The position numbers and the translations under genes are program-made. This document shows positions 58,754-64,000 of a stretch of DNA of 64,000 nucleotides, in pieces; within the stretch, counting starts at the first letter, position 1; every line of letters begins with the position of its first letter. The stretch lies in contig OY970323.1 of assembly GCA_963716985.1 (NCBI GenBank), positions 864,001-928,000 of the forward strand, written 5' to 3'. The notes under the pieces were generated by a model, which saw only the letters and a list, made by a program, of their open reading frames with translations, was not told the origin of the DNA and made no database searches. Source of the DNA: an uncultured bacterium. Lineage in GTDB: Bacteria; Chlamydiota; Chlamydiia; Chlamydiales; SM23-39.

Positions 58754-58778
58754 AGTGGTCCACAAGTGGTCCACGGAT
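58754..58778. repeat. Putative integrase arm-binding sites (TGGTCCAC x2)
   Basis: AGTGGTCCACAAGTGGTCCACGGAT between int and the att core. Confidence 0.7.
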
Positions 58779-58856
58779 GCGGACCGAGCTTTTTTCTGGT
58801 TTGGTCGATTTGTCGCAACCAGCTCATTTTTAGACTTATGAAGCCAAAAATAAAAG

Positions 58857-58903
58857 TGGGGCAACCTGGACTTGAACCAGGGACCGACGGGTTATGAGTC
58901 CGC
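58857..58903 (-). other. att core: 3' half of tRNA(CAT)
   Basis: GCGGACTCATAACCCGTCGGTCCCTGGTTCAAGTCCAGGTTGCCCCA; no 5' half. Confidence 0.9.
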
Positions 58904-59074
58904 GGTGTCCCTTCTATTGGCAACAATTCGCAATAACTAACAGAAGAAGTTTAAACGACTTGGAGCATTTCAATCTATGGCAATCTTTGGTGGCATGTTG
59001 TCTTTTTTAGTGCGTTAGTGGTCATCCAGTGGTCTTTTTAAGCATAGATTTAAGGATTTGGAATTTGTTTTCGG

Positions 59075-59109
59075 ACCCTGGAGGTTGAACCTCCAAGGTT
59101 CTCCAGGGT
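59075..59109 (-). terminator. Possible hairpin downstream of the AlbA gene
   Basis: ACCCTGGAG / CTCCAGGGT inverted repeat with an inner GGAGGTT/AACCTCC repeat. Confidence 0.35.
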
Positions 59110-59119
59110 TCTATTTAAC

Positions 59120-60478
59120 TTAACTCTTAGGCTTGGCTAAAACAAAGATTTTGTGAGGGTCGAATGGTCCTTTAGAAATTTCAATGAGGATGCCTTCTTT
59201 ACTCAGCTGTTTTAATCGCTGGTTAGCTGTTTTACGGGTGACTTTCCATATTTTATCAGCCTCTAAGACAGAGATTTTACCATATTGCTGAATGTGATCG
59301 AAAATGGGGGTGTACCATGGATGCTGCGGTCTGGCGTAAGCTATCCTTGGATAGAGGGTTACTCGGAAGAAGAAGCCCAACTCTTCAAATTTAGGAGTGA
59401 TCAGTCCGTGTTGAAGGCAGATTGCGCTCATGCGAGCGAGTCCAGATCCCCACTGCTCGATAAGTCGAAGCTCTCTGAATACCCGTCCCAATACTTTGTT
59501 GCGCAGTTGGGAGACCCCAGAGAGGGCGGCTTCCAGGCTCAGTCCGAGGGGTAGTGGCCCGGGATTGGTAATTTCCATGCGATCATCAAAAATGGCTACT
59601 TGGATGGATGAGCGCATGGTTGAGTAATCTGTATGTAAGAGGGCATTGATTACCGCTTCGCGTACAGCTTCGGGCGGATATTCTGGAATATCTATTCTAC
59701 GAACGGATTGGATCACAGCTCTCATGGAAGTATTGCGCCGAATGAAGGTCAAGATTTCATCGATCGCCAGAGGAAATGTGCTTTTGATGTCCGCATGGTC
59801 GATAGCAGTTGTTTTTGTCGTTCCTTCAAAGCGGATCAGGCGCACAAATGGATCCGGAAACAATCTATCGCGTTGTTTTCCAAAGAGCATCAAGGCGCCT
59901 TTGGTGGGGCGTGGACTGCCTCGAAGATCTACAATGAGTTCTAGCGATTGAGCGGTAGTCTGAGTGAACGGTTTGTCAACCGCCATAAACAGCTTGCGAG
60001 CCAGGTCCATGTCCAAATCATCAGGGGATGCATTTGGCTCGGGTAGTTGATCGAACGAGGTATGTTCTTTGATGCGTTTGATTTCAGCGATCAGAGAGGC
60101 ATCTGCAATGCGATTGGTAGATCCCAAACGTACAAAGACTCCGGCTTCTTCTCCCTTTTCCTTGAGATAAAATGGGCCGGGGCTATGGGATACATTAACG
60201 ATCAGTAAATCCTTGCCCCTCCATGAGATGAATTGGAGATTGGGCAGCAGGATAGGACTCACGGAGTCAGCGATGGCGTTTGCGACACGCTCTTCGTCTT
60301 GTTGGATGTTTTCTACTCCGATGACGTTCTTGGTCTTGTCTTGAATGCCAATGACCAACGTGCCTCCTGCTGTGTTAGCGAATGCGATGACAGTTTGAAC
60401 GATCTTAGACACGGATTGGGCATTTTCTTTAAACTCAAGAGTTTTACTCTCAGATTTTGCAAGTAGTTCTTCTAACAA
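59120..60478 (-). CDS. Schlafen/AlbA_2 domain protein with HATPase_c_4-like and HTH regions
   Basis: ESKTLEFKE, AFANTAGGTLVIG, REAVINALLHTDY, NPG, LRN, IEQWGSG. Confidence 0.88.
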   Translation of the reverse strand: MLEELLAKSESKTLEFKENAQSVSKIVQTVIAFANTAGGTLVIGIQDKTKNVIGVENIQQDEERVANAIADSVSPILLPNLQFISWRGKDLLIVNVSHSPGPFYLKEKGEEAGVFVRLGSTNRIADASLIAEIKRIKEHTSFDQLPEPNASPDDLDMDLARKLFMAVDKPFTQTTAQSLELIVDLRGSPRPTKGALMLFGKQRDRLFPDPFVRLIRFEGTTKTTAIDHADIKSTFPLAIDEILTFIRRNTSMRAVIQSVRRIDIPEYPPEAVREAVINALLHTDYSTMRSSIQVAIFDDRMEITNPGPLPLGLSLEAALSGVSQLRNKVLGRVFRELRLIEQWGSGLARMSAICLQHGLITPKFEELGFFFRVTLYPRIAYARPQHPWYTPIFDHIQQYGKISVLEADKIWKVTRKTANQRLKQLSKEGILIEISKGPFDPHKIFVLAKPKS

Positions 60479-60709
60479 GAGATCCTCTCATGCCAATTTT
60501 TTCTATTTAGACAGATTTGGCAATCTTCTGATTTCATGCTTCTGAAATCAGTTTTCCATCAAAGAATATATTACCCATCGTTGCTTTTTGCAAGAGGGTT
60601 CATTTGGGGTGTGAAACGTGTAAGAGGTGTTTAGGCAGGATTAACGATTTGATTCTGAAGTGAATGTGAAAAACACTTGAATGCACACTTATGATGCTGC
60701 GAGGTAAGC

Positions 60710-61279
60710 CTACATTATTGAGAACTTTCCACACATCTGCGAAATCCTTTGTACTGCCAGCACATTCAATCGCGAAATTTCTTCTTGCATCCGATCGAAT
60801 GTCTTTTGATGCATTCTTTTTGGTTTGTAAATGAGAATGTCTGAATCTGCACCCAATTTTTGAACCAAGTCCCATTTTTTATCGATGATTCGATTGATCG
60901 CAGATTTATTCTGGCTGGAGTAGGCGAGATTGAGGCATTTCCGGCAGATGAAGATGCCCTTGGGATGAAGATAAAGCTTTTTGCTTCTCCTATTGCAATT
61001 TGGAATTGGACACAGGAACCAATGACGAGTTCCTCCATAGTTGCAGGAGGTTGTCTCGATGGGAATGCGATAAGAACAGTCTGATTCGCTGTAGAAGGAA
61101 AAAAGGGCGTATGAAGAGTAGCATTTGATTTTATATCCATAGATAAATGACTCTTCACCTTCTTCGAAAGGGGAAAGACGATTGTCGTAGATTTCGCTGC
61201 TGTCTACGCTGAGGTATCTTTCCACTCTGTTCTTTGTAATGTGCCTCTTTCTTCTCCAATGGTTCCACCATCCGCTCAT
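60710..61279 (-). CDS. Hypothetical Zn-finger protein typical of mobile elements
   Basis: NYGGTRHWFLCP..C..FICRKC..LAYSSQ and KPKRMH; start moved to ATG 61279 to avoid overlap. Confidence 0.7.
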   Translation of the reverse strand: MSGWWNHWRRKRHITKNRVERYLSVDSSEIYDNRLSPFEEGEESFIYGYKIKCYSSYALFSFYSESDCSYRIPIETTSCNYGGTRHWFLCPIPNCNRRSKKLYLHPKGIFICRKCLNLAYSSQNKSAINRIIDKKWDLVQKLGADSDILIYKPKRMHQKTFDRMQEEISRLNVLAVQRISQMCGKFSIM

Positions 61280-61359
61280 GATACTTCCTTTTTTCCCTTT
61301 ATCGAAATCATTAGGGAAAACACCTGGTTTTAACAGGTGCATCCAATGCGGATTGTATC

Positions 61360-62118
61360 TTAGGCGTTGATTTTCTGGGAGGTGGTGGATAAAACCCGAC
61401 AGGAGGTTTGCTGATAGCGACAGAATTTGCATTCGGGCGCTGAATCAGGAATTAGATCGGTATCCATAATGCTCTTGATTTCAAGAAGTTTCAATTCTAT
61501 CCAGGAATCATCCGCATCGTAAGGAATGACGAATACATCGAATGCAAGTGAGCAGCCGGAAGAGTTTTCGTCCTTTTTCCCGTTGCAATAGACAAAGTAG
61601 CCGCGTTTTGAGACCTTGAAGCCGTTTCGTCGAAGGAGCCATTGATAGATTTCCATCTGCCGCTTATAGGAAATTTGCCATTCGGAATCGAGATTGATTT
61701 CCGATGCTTTGCTTGTTGCTTTTACGTCGACAACAACGAGTTCTCCGTCTTCATTGATACAAATCTCGTCGGGAGCTCCGTAAATCAGAAATTGGGTAGG
61801 CTCATGAAGGAATTTAACCCCTCGGCGATTATTCCTCCAATCATCGATATTTTCATGCTGGAAGGGGATGATATTGAGGCCATTCTCGAGTAGAGTAGGG
61901 TGGGGTTTTTGCTCGATTCTGTAGCGATCGAATTCCTTTTTCCACAGAGCATCGATGGCGTTATTAAGAGTGAAGGGAGGTCCGCTTGGACGAGATACTC
62001 CGAATTTTCGATCGAGTACGAAGCAACGAGGGCATTCGCAGAAGAGTTCGATTTTTGATCGACTGAGTTTAAAGGGAGTTGTTGCAATGGAATCTAAATT
62101 TTTCTTTCTTTTTGCCAT
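61360..62118 (-). CDS. PD-(D/E)XK nuclease, paralog of 56663-57391
   Basis: PFKLSRSKIELFCECP, GAPDE, VVDVK, SYKRQMEIYQW, CKFC. Confidence 0.85.
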   Translation of the reverse strand: MAKRKKNLDSIATTPFKLSRSKIELFCECPRCFVLDRKFGVSRPSGPPFTLNNAIDALWKKEFDRYRIEQKPHPTLLENGLNIIPFQHENIDDWRNNRRGVKFLHEPTQFLIYGAPDEICINEDGELVVVDVKATSKASEINLDSEWQISYKRQMEIYQWLLRRNGFKVSKRGYFVYCNGKKDENSSGCSLAFDVFVIPYDADDSWIELKLLEIKSIMDTDLIPDSAPECKFCRYQQTSCRVLSTTSQKINA

Positions 62119-62127
62119 ATTGTTTTC

Positions 62128-64000
62128 CTATGATTTCCAGGTAAATTTTGCGATTAGTCCCTCAAGAGATGCTGAAAGATCAACAGAATCATGGGGGATT
62201 AAAAGATAAAGCCATGGTTTAGTAGAGTGTTGCTTAGCATGTTTGCTAGCCAGGTTGCACCAGTGAGTTGCTGCTCGAGCTTTTTGAATTACTACTGGGT
62301 CCTGAAGATCGGAGCTTCTCTTAATTTCACAAAGCAAGAATTTTTGGTCGGTTTCGACAACAAAGTCTGGTTCATATCCAAAATCTGGGTGATAAAAAAT
62401 TTGGAAAACACCTCGAGGAGGCTTTACCCATTTTATCACAGAGATGTCTTGCTCTAGGATACATGCAAATACTCTTTCGGAGTCCGAATCAAATTTTGTT
62501 ATTGGGTAGATGGATTTCCGAAAACCTGAGAACAACAGATTCTTAATTGCAGATTTCTGATCAATAGGTAAGTCAAATGGTTGCGGATCTTGCCCAACAG
62601 GAACTACGTAACGAGCACTCTTTAGAAATGTGAAATCTCGAGCTACTTCCTCGGAAAAACGTTGCTCTGGAGGATCAAAGTGGGCTTGCATTTGCACATG
62701 GATAAGATTAACTAAAGAAGTTTTATGATTGAGTAACACATTTTGTACGTCATTCTCGTTTTTGAGATAGGATCGTAAATGAGCAATCATCTGCTCAGCT
62801 AGAACAAGGATGATGGGTAAGTTCTCTTCAGTATCGGCAATATCATCGAAGTCCAAAAGAGCATTGGCTAACATGTGTTCTGGCGACTCAAGAAATTCGA
62901 AAGGATTTTCGGTGTTTAGGTTTTCTCTAGAACCATCCTCGAGACTTTCCATTACAATTGGATGAGCGATTGTCTGTGGAAAAACATTATCTAATTTCAG
63001 AGAGAATGGGTGATAATAGCCTGGTTTGATCACTTCTAGCTCAACATGAATTCGAGGGATTTTGATTGAAAGCGCTTCCTGTCTTTCTGTGGTCTTTTCA
63101 ACGATCTTTTTGATCTCTTGTTTTTTAACCTCGTCGGTTTCTCCCAATTCTTCTGTTACTTTTTCCAGGAGCTCCTCTTTTCGCCCAGTACCTATGATTT
63201 CGATCTGTTCAAGAGTCTTTTCAGCGATTTGGCGATCAACTTCGTTCAGCTTTGTTACTTCCAGGACAATGGAAGGCGGTATATCCACATTCTTTGATCC
63301 TTCGGGGGGTATATCTACCCCAATGAGGAAGCCTGATTTAATTATTGAATCGGGACGTTTAGCTTCATTAATGATTTCATCAAATCGGTCATGGGAGACA
63401 ATTGTTAATCGATCTATTTCGGTAATACCCGTTCTGCAACCATAAGGTAGACGAAGACCTCTTCCGAGAGATTGCTCAATCAACGTTTTTGAATTTGCAG
63501 CTCTAAGAGGAACAATTGTATAGAGATTAACGACGTCCCAGCCTTCTTTGAGCATATTCACATGGATAACAATTTCGGTTGGATTATCAAATGACTCGAC
63601 CTCGAGAAGATCTTTCACCATTCGTTCTTCTTCATCTGCCTTTATTCCTGAATGGACAACGCGTACCTTGTTTTTATATCGACCCTCGAAGAATTCATCA
63701 CTTTTGATAATAGTTTCGAGTTCATTGGCATGGGTTGTGTTTTGGGCAATAAGAAGCATAAAGGGCTTGATAGCTTTCTTGCCGGATTCATAAGCGTAAT
63801 TTTGAAGAAGAATTTTTGTGTGCTCGTGGATTCGAACCCCATCTTCAATTTTAAGTTTTTCGAGAGCCTGTTCATCATATTCGGAAGCTTTAAAGTTGGC
63901 CCTACCTCCGACCCAAGGCTCTTTAACAAATCCATCTTTTAGAGCTTCGGAAAGTGGATATTGATAAATGATGTTCTTGAAGGAAAGGGTTCGATTTCCC
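62128..64000 (-). CDS. Type III Res-like helicase-endonuclease (5' end beyond the window)
   Basis: Frame appears open upstream of 63759 (KPFMLLIA); MLKEGWDV, EQSLGRGLRLP, YEPDFVV..EIK. Confidence 0.88.
   Translation of the reverse strand, partial: GNRTLSFKNIIYQYPLSEALKDGFVKEPWVGGRANFKASEYDEQALEKLKIEDGVRIHEHTKILLQNYAYESGKKAIKPFMLLIAQNTTHANELETIIKSDEFFEGRYKNKVRVVHSGIKADEEERMVKDLLEVESFDNPTEIVIHVNMLKEGWDVVNLYTIVPLRAANSKTLIEQSLGRGLRLPYGCRTGITEIDRLTIVSHDRFDEIINEAKRPDSIIKSGFLIGVDIPPEGSKNVDIPPSIVLEVTKLNEVDRQIAEKTLEQIEIIGTGRKEELLEKVTEELGETDEVKKQEIKKIVEKTTERQEALSIKIPRIHVELEVIKPGYYHPFSLKLDNVFPQTIAHPIVMESLEDGSRENLNTENPFEFLESPEHMLANALLDFDDIADTEENLPIILVLAEQMIAHLRSYLKNENDVQNVLLNHKTSLVNLIHVQMQAHFDPPEQRFSEEVARDFTFLKSARYVVPVGQDPQPFDLPIDQKSAIKNLLFSGFRKSIYPITKFDSDSERVFACILEQDISVIKWVKPPRGVFQIFYHPDFGYEPDFVVETDQKFLLCEIKRSSDLQDPVVIQKARAATHWCNLASKHAKQHSTKPWLYLLIPHDSVDLSASLEGLIAKFTWKS

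Larger units (their letters stand above)
16376..58903. mobile_element. ~42.5 kb tRNA-targeted integrative island
   Basis: Direct-repeat 47-bp tRNA cores (45/47 identical), matching arm repeats inside both ends, integrase next to the right core. Confidence 0.8.

Noticed and set aside
56663..62118. CRISPR-Cas suggested by the Cas4-like nucleases
   Set aside because: No repeat-spacer array, cas1/cas2 or effector genes were seen.

Overview
This 64 kb window is entirely accessory DNA, with no core housekeeping genes, and reads as a tandem array of integrative elements. Two 47-bp 3' halves of a CAT-anticodon tRNA (16376-16422 and 58857-58903) share matching arm-type repeats and bracket a ~42.5 kb island that has its own tyrosine integrase. 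The island's main cargo is a ~26.6 kb single-strand hybrid PKS-NRPS cluster (16677-43270). The cluster encodes a thioesterase fused to a cyanobacterial-type ammonia-lyase, a PPTase, an ABC exporter, two AT-less KS modules, an A-less C-T module, a stand-alone AMP ligase, a Ser/N-methyltransferase/reductase terminal module, and a methyltransferase split by an IS1634-family element. The island also carries an int-hyp-xis-rep module and a PD-(D/E)XK / SNF2 / PIN-like / type III Mod / Res defence operon. Left of the island is a sibling element with a near-identical int module, RloAB (AbiL-like), a TOTE-primase-helicase-DUF559 fusion, a candidate lipase toxin/immunity pair, and IS4 (IS50-like ends) and IS66 insertions. 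Right of it another island starts, with an AlbA/Schlafen protein, a second PD-(D/E)XK nuclease and a partial type III Res. All family calls come from motif recognition by eye, not database searches. The host taxon cannot be determined from this window.
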